Below are positions 16,571 to 24,863 of a stretch of DNA of 54,762 nucleotides, in pieces. The position numbers and the translations under genes are program-made. The notes below the pieces were generated by a model, which saw nothing but the letters and a program-made list of their open reading frames with translations, was not told the DNA's origin and did no database searches. Source of the DNA: an uncultured bacterium. Its GTDB lineage: Bacteria; CAIJMQ01. The stretch is from NCBI GenBank assembly GCA_964573245.1, contig CAZNJA010000001.1, positions 1 to 54,762 of the forward strand, given 5' to 3'. Position 1 is the stretch's first letter. Each line of letters opens with the position of its first letter.

Positions 16571-19500
16571 GTGGTGGCATTTGCTTCATTAGAATATCCG
16601 GAATTATCAAAATTACCAAAGGCATACATTTGGTAATAGTACATCTGTCCTGCTTCTAACCCGGTATCAGAATAGGTAACCTCATCCGGCCCGATACTGG
16701 CTATCTGTTCGTACGTTCCTCCGGCACCCGTCTTTCTTTCTATCTTGAAACCATCCTCTCCGTCACTGTTATCCTGCCATGTAAGGTCTATCTGGGAAGA
16801 GGAAACGGCCTGGGCAGATAATGGCTCCGGTGGGTGTGGGTTCCATTCATTGGCAAAGACAGCGTAATCCAGGAAATTCACAATGCCGTCACCATTGAAG
16901 TCGCAACGCGCGTCCCAATGCGGGTCACCCGGCTGTGATAACCATGCGGCAATAAATACTTCAAAGTCTGCAAAGTCTACATCTCCATCCTGGTCAAAGT
17001 CGGCGGGAGAGACTGCAACAGCGCTTGCTTCATTGGAATATCCGGAACTGCCGAAGTCACCATAGGCATATACTCGATAATAATAGGTCTGTCCGGTTTC
17101 TAACCCGGTATCAGAATAGGTAACCACATTCTCGCCAACGCTGGCTATCTGTTCGTATGTTCCTTCCGCACCTGTTTTTCTTTCTATCTTAAAGCCGTCT
17201 TCTCCGTCACTGTTATCCTGCCATGTAAGGTCTATCTGGGTGGCGGAAACTGCCTGAGCAGTTAATCCGCTCGGCGAGAGTGGACCCCATTCATTAGCAA
17301 AGACAGCGTAATCCATGAAATTCACAATGCCGTCACCATTGAAGTCGCAGCGCGCGTCCCAATTCGGGTCACCCGGCTGTGACAGCCAAGCTGCAATAAA
17401 TACTGCAAAGTCTGCAAAGTCCACGTCGCCGTCCTGGTCAAAGTCAGCAGGCGAGGCTGCAACAGCGCTTGCTTCGTTGGAGTATCCTGAATTACCGAAG
17501 CCGCCAAATGCATAGACCCGATAATAATAAATCTGTCCTGGAGTTAAACCGGTATCCGAATAGGTAGTCACATTTGGCCCGACATCGGCTATCTGTTCAT
17601 ATGTGCCTTCCGCACCTGTTTTTCTTTCTATCTTAAAGCCGTCTTCTCCGTCACTATTATCCTGCCATGTAAGGTCTATCTGGGTGGCGGAAACTGCCTG
17701 AGCAGTTAGTCCGCTTGGCGAGGATGGGTTCCATTCGTTGGCAAAGACAGCATAATCCAGGAAATTCACAATGCCGTCATCATTGAAGTCGCAGCGCGCG
17801 TCCCAATTCGGGTCACCCGGCTGTGATAGCCAGGCAGCTGTAAATGTTGCAAAGTCTGCAAAGTCCACATTGCCGTCCTGGTCAAAGTCAGCAGGAGAAA
17901 CCAAACCTGTAGAGATAGTAACGATATCTTCTTTTGAGACTCCGTAATTATAACCATCATAGGGGATGCAGACTATTCTAAACTCGTCATCTTCACCGAT
18001 GTTATAAGTAGTGCAACTTAAGGTGTTAGTAGTTGCTCCCGAGAGAAGAGCCCCATTTTTATACCACTGATACGCATAATCCGGAGAGTCCCCATCCGCA
18101 TCATACCAGCCTGAAGGAGTGGCTGTTAAATCATTATTGGGATAAGCCGGGTCGGGAGTGATTGTGACGCTTGTAATCAAAGGCGGCGTATTGGAAATAG
18201 TGACAGTATCTTCTTTTGCCTCCCCGGGATCTTTACCATCATGAGGGGTGCAAATTACTTTTATTTGGTCTCCTTTAACGAAATTAGAAGAAGCCAGGGT
18301 ATCGGTGGTGGCACCTGAAATAGGAGATCCGTTTTTATACCACTGGTAGAGATAGCCTTCCGGGTCTCCCTCTGCGTCATACCAGCCTGAAGGAGTGGCT
18401 GTTAAATTATTATTGGTATAAGCCGGGTCAGGGCTGATAGTAACGCTTGTAATTGAGGGCGGCGTATTAGAAGCACTAGAAATAGTGATAGTATCTTCCC
18501 TTGCCACCCCGGGGTCATAGCCATCATAAGGAGTACATATTATTTTTATTTGGTCTCCTTCAACAAAATTAGTAGAGGCCAGGGTATTGGTGGTAGCCCC
18601 TGAGATGGGAGATCCATTTTTCTGCCATTGGTACTGATAACCAGGAGAATCGCCGTCTATATCTGACCAGCCGGAAGGAGTGGCTGTTAAATCATTATTG
18701 GGATAAGCCGGGTCGGGAGTAATGGTAACACTGGTAATTGAAGGCGGCGTATTTGAAATAGTGATAGTGTCCTCTTTTGCCTCCCCGGGGTCATAGCCGT
18801 CATAAGGGATACATATTATTTTTATTTGGTCTCCTTTAACGAAATTAGAAGAAGCTAGGGTAGCGGTGGTAGCGCCGCTGATATCCTGCCAGGAGCCGAT
18901 AAACTTCTGCCACTGGTACTGATAGCCTTCTGCGTCCCCATCCGCGTCATCCCATCCTGAAGGAGTAGCAGTTAAATCATTATTGGTATAAGCCGGGTCG
19001 GGAGTGATTGTAACGCCGGTAATCGAAGGCGGTGTATTGGTGGTTGTTCCCGTGCCGGAAGAACCCAAACCTGTCTCGACAGCATCACCATTGCGAGCTT
19101 TTACCCGGAAAGAATAAAGAGTCCGTGCGGAAAGCCCGGTGGCGGTAACTACTCCCCATGTGCTTTCTGTTTGCCAGACCTCGGTTGAACCATTATCGCC
19201 GCCGGCAGCATCCAGGTAATAATCAAAGGTAACATTATGGATAGCATATTCGGTATTAGGTGGATTCAGTCCGGGAACAATGTCCACGTCCAAACTTGAA
19301 GGAGTCGGATTATCTACTATAGGACTTCCCGGCGTCTCCGCCACAGTATAGACCTCAATCATCCCTGAATATCCGGTCTCATTAGGAACAGAAGCACTGT
19401 CTCTTGCTTTAACCTTATAATCATAAAGAGTATTTGGATTCAGGCCTGAATCAGAGTAAGAACTACTGCTCTGCCAGGAGCTGCTGTTGCCACTGGTAGA

Positions 19501-22500
19501 TTCAAAATAATACGCTACGGGAGGACTGCCAATATCGACCGCTGTAGTGGCAGTCATCTCAATCGAAGAGGAAGTCAGGGCGGAGGGTTCGGTCTCCCAG
19601 GTCATCGGGTTCGGGATGGGAGGAGTAGTATCAGCTGTTCCTGCTACCGAAATAGATAAATTATAATAATTGGTAGCACCATTATATCCTCTGACCTCAA
19701 TAAAATAAAAACCCGAGATGGGAACACTGCTCACGCTTACCGTCTCACTATCATTGGTTGTCTCGGAAGAATCAATCTGAGTTTGTGAAGGGTCATAAAG
19801 ATAAAGGTCTAAGTCGCCATAGGCATTTGTAAAATTATTAATGGTAGCGGTAAGAGTGTCTCCCACATTTAAGTTAACTTTATACCAGTCACTATCGTAA
19901 CTCTTAAGGTTATTATAGCTTCCCGAGGAAAGTTCATGCGCGTCAGCTAAAGTATCGTTATCTTCATAGGAATCATCGTTATCATAGATTCCGTGTCGGG
20001 CAAAAGCAAGTATGATCTGGGTCTCATGCGGGGTGCCGTTGCCGACATTTCCATCGCCGCCGAATCCTAAGGCGGGGTTGTCATCAGTTTCAAGCATCTC
20101 ATAAAGACTTTCCAGGAAATTGAAAGGCTTGCCGTCATGAATGTGCCTGAATATTACCTTGTCCGCCACCGCTTTGCCCACTCCCGGCATTTGCCGGAAA
20201 TCCCAGAGGGCTCCGGAATAAACAACAGAATTATGATGAACCCAACCCAAATCATTATAATTAGGATCCCTGGAATTTCCATTCGGAACAACCCCTGGAC
20301 CAAGGATCCAGTAGTCATTAGGCGGTTCTGGGTCAGAGATTTTATTCCTTATCCCCTGGTCATCAAAGCGCATTTCATGGACATTCTGAGCAATGTCCCG
20401 CGCCCCGTAAGGAAGCACGTATTCGCCTATAATGGGGTCGCCGGTAACCGAACAGGCAAAGTAATCAGCCAATCCCTCGTCCATTGTTCCCGGTTGCAGC
20501 AGGTATGGTAAATCATAGATATGGTCATTTACCCCATGGGTATACTCGTGATAAATTACATCCGAGCCCCGGGCGGGTTTTATAACATTACCCTGAAGAT
20601 CGCCATCGCCGAAATGAATACTCTGGTCACTGGAATCATAATACGCATTACCAAAATTGGTTCCCACATGGACATTTGCCTGCATCTGATAGTCCATCCC
20701 GATGCCCCCGTAACGGTTCGGGCTATTATAACCCATGTCATTCTTAAAGAAATCATGGATAAAATTAACGTGATAAAAGACATTTACCTCATCTAAGTGA
20801 GTATCGACAAGTCCATAATTCCAGAGATGGTCTACCTGAGTAGCCATGGGATACTGGGCAATAGCCTCAGCAGTATCTTCATTTATTGCCCGGCAGTAGG
20901 GCCCTTTGAGCTCGAAGATTACATCGTTTCCGGAGTCACTAATAAGGTAATAACCGGAAATGTTTGTTTCGCCTTCAACAAATACTCCTCCACCTTTGTC
21001 CAGGGTTACGGTCTCGTGAGAAATGTCTCTCGCTGTGAGTGGGTCGTCTCCATTTTCAGGAAAGACCATTCCTGAGACATTTCCTTCTACATAATCATTA
21101 CCGTCGGTATTGAAAAAGTTAAAGGCAGAAGAGTAACCGCTCCAACCTGAGTCATTCCCAGCTTTCACATGCCACCAGTATTGAGTGCCGTCTTGAGGAA
21201 ATCCTACTACAAGTTTCCAATCCCAATTACCGGCTGAACCTTCATAAAAAATGCTGCTAAAGGCGGCATCTGAAGCAACCTGAAGATAATAGTCATCTGC
21301 TCCGGAAGAAAGTGTCCACCGGAAAAGAATAATCTCTCCGTCAACGTCACTACCATCAGATGGGGAAAGTAACGTCGGCGGGATAGGGACAGAGTCAGCA
21401 TTAATAAAACTTCGGACGCTCGACCAAGAGCTCCAGCCAAGCCAGTTGCCCGCCGACACCCGCCACCAATACTGCCTCCCGTCGTCACTAAAACCTCCCA
21501 GGGTTATCCCCGTAAAATCTCCTATTGCTTCGTCATAGACTACACTAGCAAATCCGCTATCAATGGAAATCTGAAGCCAATAATCATCCGCCCCGTCCGA
21601 TTGGAACCACCAGAAATCCACCGCTGTTCCTCCCACCGCGGCATTATTTTCCGGTAAATATAGCACCGGAGGGTCGGGAATAAGAGACTCGCCATTAACA
21701 AAAGTCCACACACTCGACCAATTACTCCAACCGATACTATTCCCCGCACTCACCCGCCACCAATAGGACTGGCCGTCATCTCCAAAATCATAAAGGTCCA
21801 CCCATAAATAGGGACCAATCGCATCATCAAAGACGACTTGGGTAAAGCCGCTATCCGTAGAGACCTGAATCCAATAATCATTCGCTCTATCAGCATGTTC
21901 CCAGTCGAAAGGAATCATGGTCCCGGGAACATTGACCCCGTTTGCCGGAGAGATCAATGCCGGAATATCAGGAATAGTGGTAGGTTCGGTCCAGGTAAAA
22001 CTCTCGGTGCGTTCATTGTTGGTTTCGTCAGATTCAGTTACTTCATTATAGGAATCAGCGATAAACTCAAAGCTATGCCCGCCGGGCGTGAAGCCCATGT
22101 CAAAGGGAGCGGTTAAGTTGATATAAGTCCGGGCCGGGAAAGCAGGTATTTCCCAATAATATATATTTACACCATCGACATATAAATCTACGTAAAAGGG
22201 AACACCGGTAGTATCGTAACCGATGTTGTTAAGCTGGAACCCAACAGTGCTCCCTTCATAAGCTACCAAAGAAGTGGGGTCAAAAATATCGGTTATTTCT
22301 AAATCAGGCGTGCCGGTCCAGGTCCAACTCTTGGTGCGTTCATTGTTGGTTTCGTCAGATTCAGCTATGTCATCATCGGAGTCAGCGACAAATCTAAAGC
22401 TATGCTCCCCGGCCACGAACCCCCCGGACGCGGTAGCATAAGGCTCGATATAAGTCCGTGCCGAGAGAGAAGGTATATTCCAATTAGTTACATTCACATC

Positions 22501-23367
22501 GTCAACATATAAAGCTAGGGTAAAGGGACCGACGGCATCAGCGTAACCAGCGTTGGCAAGTCGGGCCTTAATGATGCTCTCTTCGCCGCCTTCTAAAGAA
22601 GTGGGATCATAAATATGGGTTATTTCTAAATCCGGCGTGCCGGTCCAGGTCCAACTCTCGGTGCGTTCATTGTTGGTTTCGTCAGATTCATCTACATCAT
22701 CATAGTAGTCAGCGACAAATCTAAAGCTATGCTCCCCGGCTAAGAAGAACCCCGCGGGAAAGGGAATATAAGGCCGGATGTAAGTCCATGCATCCAGAGA
22801 AGGGATATTCCAACTAGCTACACTCGCATCGTCAACATATAAAATTAAGGTAGATGGGTCGGCGTTGCCAGTTCCAATATTGGTAAGTTCGGCCTCAATG
22901 ATGCTCTCTTCGCCGCCTTCTAAAGAAGTGGGATCATAAATATCAGTTAATTCTAAATCAGGCGTGCCGGTCCAGGTCCACCATTCGGTGCGGTCCCCAT
23001 CAGCCCAAACATAAATTTTATGTGTTCCTTCGTCCAAGTAGGATCCGGGGATAACATCATAATAATAAACGGTTTCCCCCGCATTTATATAACCATCCCA
23101 CCCAACTATCCAGTAATCATCAACATATATCTCATAAACATAGTCTCCACTATCTCCATAATTATGTAGCTGCGTACGTATTGTACAATCTTCCAGAGCT
23201 TCTAAAGGGGTAACAGGCCAAAAATCTATTACCTGAACATCGGTATAGGCCATAGCAGTTGAGACGGTTGTAAAAGTTATGGCTATCAGGAAAAGCAGGG
23301 TAAAAATAGATACACGTGAGGAGGTTTTTGGAACGAGAATACGAATAATATTAGCTAATAAATTCAT
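13615..23367 (-). CDS. Giant (3250 aa) secreted multidomain protein: CARDB-like repeats, beta-sandwich repeats, M36/M4-type zinc metalloprotease, PPC domain, FN3, dockerin-like modules and three parallel beta-helix modules
   Basis: A single uninterrupted ORF with an N-terminal signal/anchor (IFTLLFLIAITFTTVSTAMA). The catalytic core has VNVFYHVNFIHDFF, HEYTHG and MDEGLADYF, giving HExxH plus Glu at thermolysin-like spacing. Repeats are described in separate features. Confidence 0.85.
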   Translation of the reverse strand: MNLLANIIRILVPKTSSRVSIFTLLFLIAITFTTVSTAMAYTDVQVIDFWPVTPLEALEDCTIRTQLHNYGDSGDYVYEIYVDDYWIVGWDGYINAGETVYYYDVIPGSYLDEGTHKIYVWADGDRTEWWTWTGTPDLELTDIYDPTSLEGGEESIIEAELTNIGTGNADPSTLILYVDDASVASWNIPSLDAWTYIRPYIPFPAGFFLAGEHSFRFVADYYDDVDESDETNNERTESWTWTGTPDLEITHIYDPTSLEGGEESIIKARLANAGYADAVGPFTLALYVDDVNVTNWNIPSLSARTYIEPYATASGGFVAGEHSFRFVADSDDDIAESDETNNERTKSWTWTGTPDLEITDIFDPTSLVAYEGSTVGFQLNNIGYDTTGVPFYVDLYVDGVNIYYWEIPAFPARTYINLTAPFDMGFTPGGHSFEFIADSYNEVTESDETNNERTESFTWTEPTTIPDIPALISPANGVNVPGTMIPFDWEHADRANDYWIQVSTDSGFTQVVFDDAIGPYLWVDLYDFGDDGQSYWWRVSAGNSIGWSNWSSVWTFVNGESLIPDPPVLYLPENNAAVGGTAVDFWWFQSDGADDYWLQISIDSGFASVVYDEAIGDFTGITLGGFSDDGRQYWWRVSAGNWLGWSSWSSVRSFINADSVPIPPTLLSPSDGSDVDGEIILFRWTLSSGADDYYLQVASDAAFSSIFYEGSAGNWDWKLVVGFPQDGTQYWWHVKAGNDSGWSGYSSAFNFFNTDGNDYVEGNVSGMVFPENGDDPLTARDISHETVTLDKGGGVFVEGETNISGYYLISDSGNDVIFELKGPYCRAINEDTAEAIAQYPMATQVDHLWNYGLVDTHLDEVNVFYHVNFIHDFFKNDMGYNSPNRYGGIGMDYQMQANVHVGTNFGNAYYDSSDQSIHFGDGDLQGNVIKPARGSDVIYHEYTHGVNDHIYDLPYLLQPGTMDEGLADYFACSVTGDPIIGEYVLPYGARDIAQNVHEMRFDDQGIRNKISDPEPPNDYWILGPGVVPNGNSRDPNYNDLGWVHHNSVVYSGALWDFRQMPGVGKAVADKVIFRHIHDGKPFNFLESLYEMLETDDNPALGFGGDGNVGNGTPHETQIILAFARHGIYDNDDSYEDNDTLADAHELSSGSYNNLKSYDSDWYKVNLNVGDTLTATINNFTNAYGDLDLYLYDPSQTQIDSSETTNDSETVSVSSVPISGFYFIEVRGYNGATNYYNLSISVAGTADTTPPIPNPMTWETEPSALTSSSIEMTATTAVDIGSPPVAYYFESTSGNSSSWQSSSSYSDSGLNPNTLYDYKVKARDSASVPNETGYSGMIEVYTVAETPGSPIVDNPTPSSLDVDIVPGLNPPNTEYAIHNVTFDYYLDAAGGDNGSTEVWQTESTWGVVTATGLSARTLYSFRVKARNGDAVETGLGSSGTGTTTNTPPSITGVTITPDPAYTNNDLTATPSGWDDADGDAEGYQYQWQKFIGSWQDISGATTATLASSNFVKGDQIKIICIPYDGYDPGEAKEDTITISNTPPSITSVTITPDPAYPNNDLTATPSGWSDIDGDSPGYQYQWQKNGSPISGATTNTLASTNFVEGDQIKIICTPYDGYDPGVAREDTITISSASNTPPSITSVTISPDPAYTNNNLTATPSGWYDAEGDPEGYLYQWYKNGSPISGATTDTLASSNFVKGDQIKVICTPHDGKDPGEAKEDTVTISNTPPLITSVTITPDPAYPNNDLTATPSGWYDADGDSPDYAYQWYKNGALLSGATTNTLSCTTYNIGEDDEFRIVCIPYDGYNYGVSKEDIVTISTGLVSPADFDQDGNVDFADFATFTAAWLSQPGDPNWDARCDFNDDGIVNFLDYAVFANEWNPSSPSGLTAQAVSATQIDLTWQDNSDGEDGFKIERKTGAEGTYEQIADVGPNVTTYSDTGLTPGQIYYYRVYAFGGFGNSGYSNEASAVAASPADFDQDGDVDFADFAVFIAAWLSQPGDPNWDARCDFNGDGIVNFMDYAVFANEWGPLSPSGLTAQAVSATQIDLTWQDNSDGEDGFKIERKTGAEGTYEQIASVGENVVTYSDTGLETGQTYYYRVYAYGDFGSSGYSNEASAVAVSPADFDQDGDVDFADFEVFIAAWLSQPGDPHWDARCDFNGDGIVNFLDYAVFANEWNPHPPEPLSAQAVSSSQIDLTWQDNSDGEDGFKIERKTGAGGTYEQIASIGPDEVTYSDTGLEAGQMYYYQMYAFGNFDNSGYSNEANATTITNIWYVDDSAGYFQDGTSWADAFHYLQDALNNPYLEPGHEIRVAQGTYKPDRDTANQSGTGDRTATFQLIDSVTIKGGYGGIDTGDHDERDIVFYETILSGNIREPIYDDDNSYHVITGSNTNPTAILDGFTITEGKAFYVGASPTDDEVRGAGMFNNNGNPTVKNCIFKNNDAFSKGGGVYNFESSPEFTNCIFIGNEAIYLGSGGAIYNHTSSPKFTSCIFNDNWSKAEGGAIYNRNSSSPEITNCTFTENKSEFYAGIIYNSNSNPVITNSILRNGGINEIFNSGTSNPVVTYSNIAGSNPNGYPGEGNINSNPLFVDPDNPLQDGLRLAEGSPCIDAANDTIAPSTDKLGKGRVDIPGVGNDGGIGADMGAYEYVEPNVWYVDAAQTNPDRDGTSWYSAFKYLQDALNHSEIQPYDEIWVAHGTHKPHEADFFDPSPPGIYRGPTFQLRSRLTVKGGYAGYYDTPPGANEDDRDIANYQTILSGDTDGNDGNPPDFSNYTDNSTHVVRGIGANPTAILDGVIITGGNATGGYDASFGGGLCNAYGGTGNPTITNCVFSYNRADYGGGIYGEATLKNCIFDHNVGGAIHGGSLEVINSVFTHNTDVAIYGDGKITNCTFYGNIGYGVVSNNATITNCVLWNNSGDEIYEDPYLPSNTVVSYSNVEGGYPGDYNIDSDPLFVNVSSPAGNDGLFCTLDDGLQLSENSPCLDVADDIIAPSTDILGQERMDIPDTGFALADMGAYEARAPIFISSPQILDQPYTNYYLTRDLLGEEVIPKCIWIQAEGIVFDGQGYSIINPYLEDIIVFCEADNIVIRNCNLTASSALSSSNNGRGQGIYSTGNNCLIEGNTVSDTFWGIHVIGEGTVIRNNLLERNAKGIHLGGNNHLVRDNLARYNNRYQGWGMGVWRGKYNQFINNEIHGNRYGIVLYEADHTHLEDDQYYSNSVRDIYLYGNTQDVNAYGITYSTIYISSGAEFNEYP
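16573..17905 (-). repeat. 3 x 444-nt tandem coding repeat (dockerin-like double EF-hand segment + FN3)
   Basis: The anchor GAAATTCACAATGCCGTC recurs at 16873, 17317 and 17761, an exact 444-nt period. The units encode SPADFDQDG.VDFADF...CDFN.DGIVNF.DYAVFANEW plus FN3 (IDLTWQDNSDGEDGFKIERK...YYYRVYA) and are about 85-90 percent identical at protein level by eye. Confidence 0.85.
17905..19035 (-). repeat. 4 x 276-285-nt tandem coding repeat (about 93-aa beta-sandwich units)
   Basis: The anchor GGCGGCGTA/GGCGGTGTA occurs at 18182, 18458, 18743 and 19028. The units encode NTPPSIT.VTITPDPAY.NNDLTATPSGW.D.DGD..GY.YQW.KNG..ISGATT.TLAS.NFV.GDQIK.IC.P.DG.DPG. Confidence 0.8.
20536..20550 (-). other. 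HExxH zinc-binding motif (HEYTH) of the protease domain
   Basis: The reverse complement of atgggtatactcgtg is CAC GAG TAT ACC CAT. The third-ligand Glu candidate, in MDEGLADYF, lies 20 residues after the second His, as in thermolysin. Confidence 0.8.
21105..21975 (-). repeat. 3 x about-97-aa Trp-rich beta-sandwich repeats
   Basis: The units resemble ...F.W....ADDYWLQ[IV]S.DS.F..VV.D.......YWWRVSAGN..GWS.WSSV..F.N. Confidence 0.7.
21975..23250 (-). repeat. 4 x CARDB-like repeats (327-nt period in the last three)
   Basis: The anchor GTGCGTTCATTGTTGGTTTCGTC occurs at 22007, 22334 and 22661. The units end ...SDETNNERTESWTWTGTPDLE, a typical CARDB C-terminal D/E-x-NN motif. Confidence 0.75.
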
Positions 23368-23389
23368 GTTTTATATTTTAAAGATTAAA

Positions 23390-24121
23390 TTATTCTTCCT
23401 TTTTATCAGATTTTTCGAGCAGCCGGGCAGTTCTTTCCCTTGGGGTGGTTCTTTTTTCCCTTGGAGGAGCAATTATTTCCTCGGTTGCTTCTCCCGCGGC
23501 TCCGCCGGGGGTTATCAGTTTTACTTTCTTCACCTTAATCCCTGTGCGGAGATTTTTCTTTTTAACATCAACTGGAGCAAGCGGTTGGGCTTCACCTATT
23601 TCAGCTTTTATTTCCCAATTTTGAGAAGAAGGAGCTAGCGGTTGAGCTTCACCTATTTCAGCTTTTATTTCCGGTTTTTTGTCAGAAGGGGTTAGCGGAA
23701 AGGCTTCTTCCTGCTGAACGCCGAAATTAAATCTTTCGCCCTGCTCCAGTCGGTGTTCTCTTGTTTGTTTTTCTCCCTCAACTGCGACTCCGATTTGATA
23801 ACTAGAGGGTTTCGTAATTACCGTGCCCCCTTTTGTTTCTAACCCAATGGGTGCAGGTGGTGTAATTTCTTTAAATTCCACTCTTTCCAGAAGAGGTGCG
23901 GGTGCAGTTTCCTTTACTTTCAACTCTCTTTTGGGGGCGGGGTTTTTTTCTATAATAACAAAATGAGGCTCTTTTTTGGTTTTTAATTCTGTTTTTTTAG
24001 GAGAAATCTGGTCAGCCGAGGATGGACCTTCTTCCGCCTTAATTTCAGAAGTACAAACGACGGTCATTATTAGACAAATTCCTATCGCCAATAAAAATTT
24101 TCTCCGGATATCCTTCATCAA
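23390..24121 (-). CDS. Secreted low-complexity P/E/K-rich protein, unknown function
   Basis: 243-aa ORF with a signal peptide (FLLAIGICLIMTVVCTSEIKA) and an internal 19-aa tandem repeat (EIKAEIGEAQPLAP...). It sits in the same operon orientation between the propeptide-like gene and the giant ORF. Confidence 0.6.
   Translation of the reverse strand: MMKDIRRKFLLAIGICLIMTVVCTSEIKAEEGPSSADQISPKKTELKTKKEPHFVIIEKNPAPKRELKVKETAPAPLLERVEFKEITPPAPIGLETKGGTVITKPSSYQIGVAVEGEKQTREHRLEQGERFNFGVQQEEAFPLTPSDKKPEIKAEIGEAQPLAPSSQNWEIKAEIGEAQPLAPVDVKKKNLRTGIKVKKVKLITPGGAAGEATEEIIAPPREKRTTPRERTARLLEKSDKKEE
23574..23700 (-). repeat. 57-nt tandem coding repeat (about 2.3 units)
   Basis: GGAGC[A/T]AGCGGTTG[G/A]GCTTCACCTATTTCAGCTTTTATTTCC starts at 23574 and 23631, and a degenerate third unit follows. 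Confidence 0.8.
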
Positions 24122-24128
24122 ATATCTC

Positions 24129-24863
24129 CTAATATCTAATATTATTGTACTTATGGATTATCTCGCTTGTTTTGGCATCAACAAAATAGAACCAATCGCC
24201 AAGCGGGTCCCGGCAGGAAATTCTCACCTTCCAGGTAAGATAATAATCTCCGTCATAGTCGGGAAATATGACCAGTTCTACGGTTGGTTCCGAATCCGGG
24301 GATTCTTCCACGCCTAAATCTGCTTTTACCAATTCAAGCGCAGTTTCCTGAGTAATAGCGGGAACAGGATCAAGGGTGATGTTGGGGTAGTAATTTAAAA
24401 CGATCTCGGTAAGTTCTCCCTTGTCGGTAACGTCGCATTTAATTCTTCCCCAGTGCACCGGGATACCTTCGTAAACCTGCTGATATTCTACAAGTTTGAA
24501 TCCTTCTCGTTCGCTTATCGCGGGCTTACCCATCTCGGACACTTTAAGCGGCATAAGAGTTTGATTTTCTTCAATAAAAGTCTTGACTACTCTATCAGGA
24601 GAGCCGGAGATAGACAGGGTGCGGTGATAGTCAATTGAACTAAGGAGTCCGGTTTTGGGATTCCAGTTAATCTTCCATTTGTTATTATAGCGGGCATTGA
24701 ATTCTTTTGCCGCTTGAACTAACTCGGCTGAGGGTTCAACTTTCTTGAAGGAGAAGGATTTAGCAGGTAAAATAAGAAATAAACTTAGAATAATCAGGTG
24801 AGCAAATAAGTTTTTTGTCCCGAATTTTCTTTTTAAATTTAAAGATAGGGAGTCTTTATTCAT
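24129..24863 (-). CDS. Stand-alone FTP + PepSY propeptide-like protein (M4/M36 protease prodomain homolog)
   Basis: 244-aa ORF with a signal peptide. The FTP-like segment is GFKLVEYQQVYEGIPVHWGRIKCDVTDKGEL. The PepSY-like segment is ITQETALELVKADLG...YYLTWKVRISCRDPLGDWFYFVDAKTSEIIHKYN. Confidence 0.65.
   Translation of the reverse strand: MNKDSLSLNLKRKFGTKNLFAHLIILSLFLILPAKSFSFKKVEPSAELVQAAKEFNARYNNKWKINWNPKTGLLSSIDYHRTLSISGSPDRVVKTFIEENQTLMPLKVSEMGKPAISEREGFKLVEYQQVYEGIPVHWGRIKCDVTDKGELTEIVLNYYPNITLDPVPAITQETALELVKADLGVEESPDSEPTVELVIFPDYDGDYYLTWKVRISCRDPLGDWFYFVDAKTSEIIHKYNNIRY

Noticed and set aside
16573-23250. Regularly spaced repeats that might be a CRISPR array or a DGR template/variable repeat pair.
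   Set aside because: The periods are 276-444 nt, and all units are in frame inside one ORF encoding recognisable protein domains. There are no short spacer-repeat units and no cas or reverse transcriptase gene nearby. Differences between units are not confined to adenines.
13615-23367. The giant ORF and the right-edge genes might be a horizontally acquired island, since their GC content looks higher by eye.
   Set aside because: I cannot compute composition here. The apparent shift may simply reflect G/D/T/P/N-rich protein composition. No integrase, tRNA-flank duplication or direct repeats bound the region.
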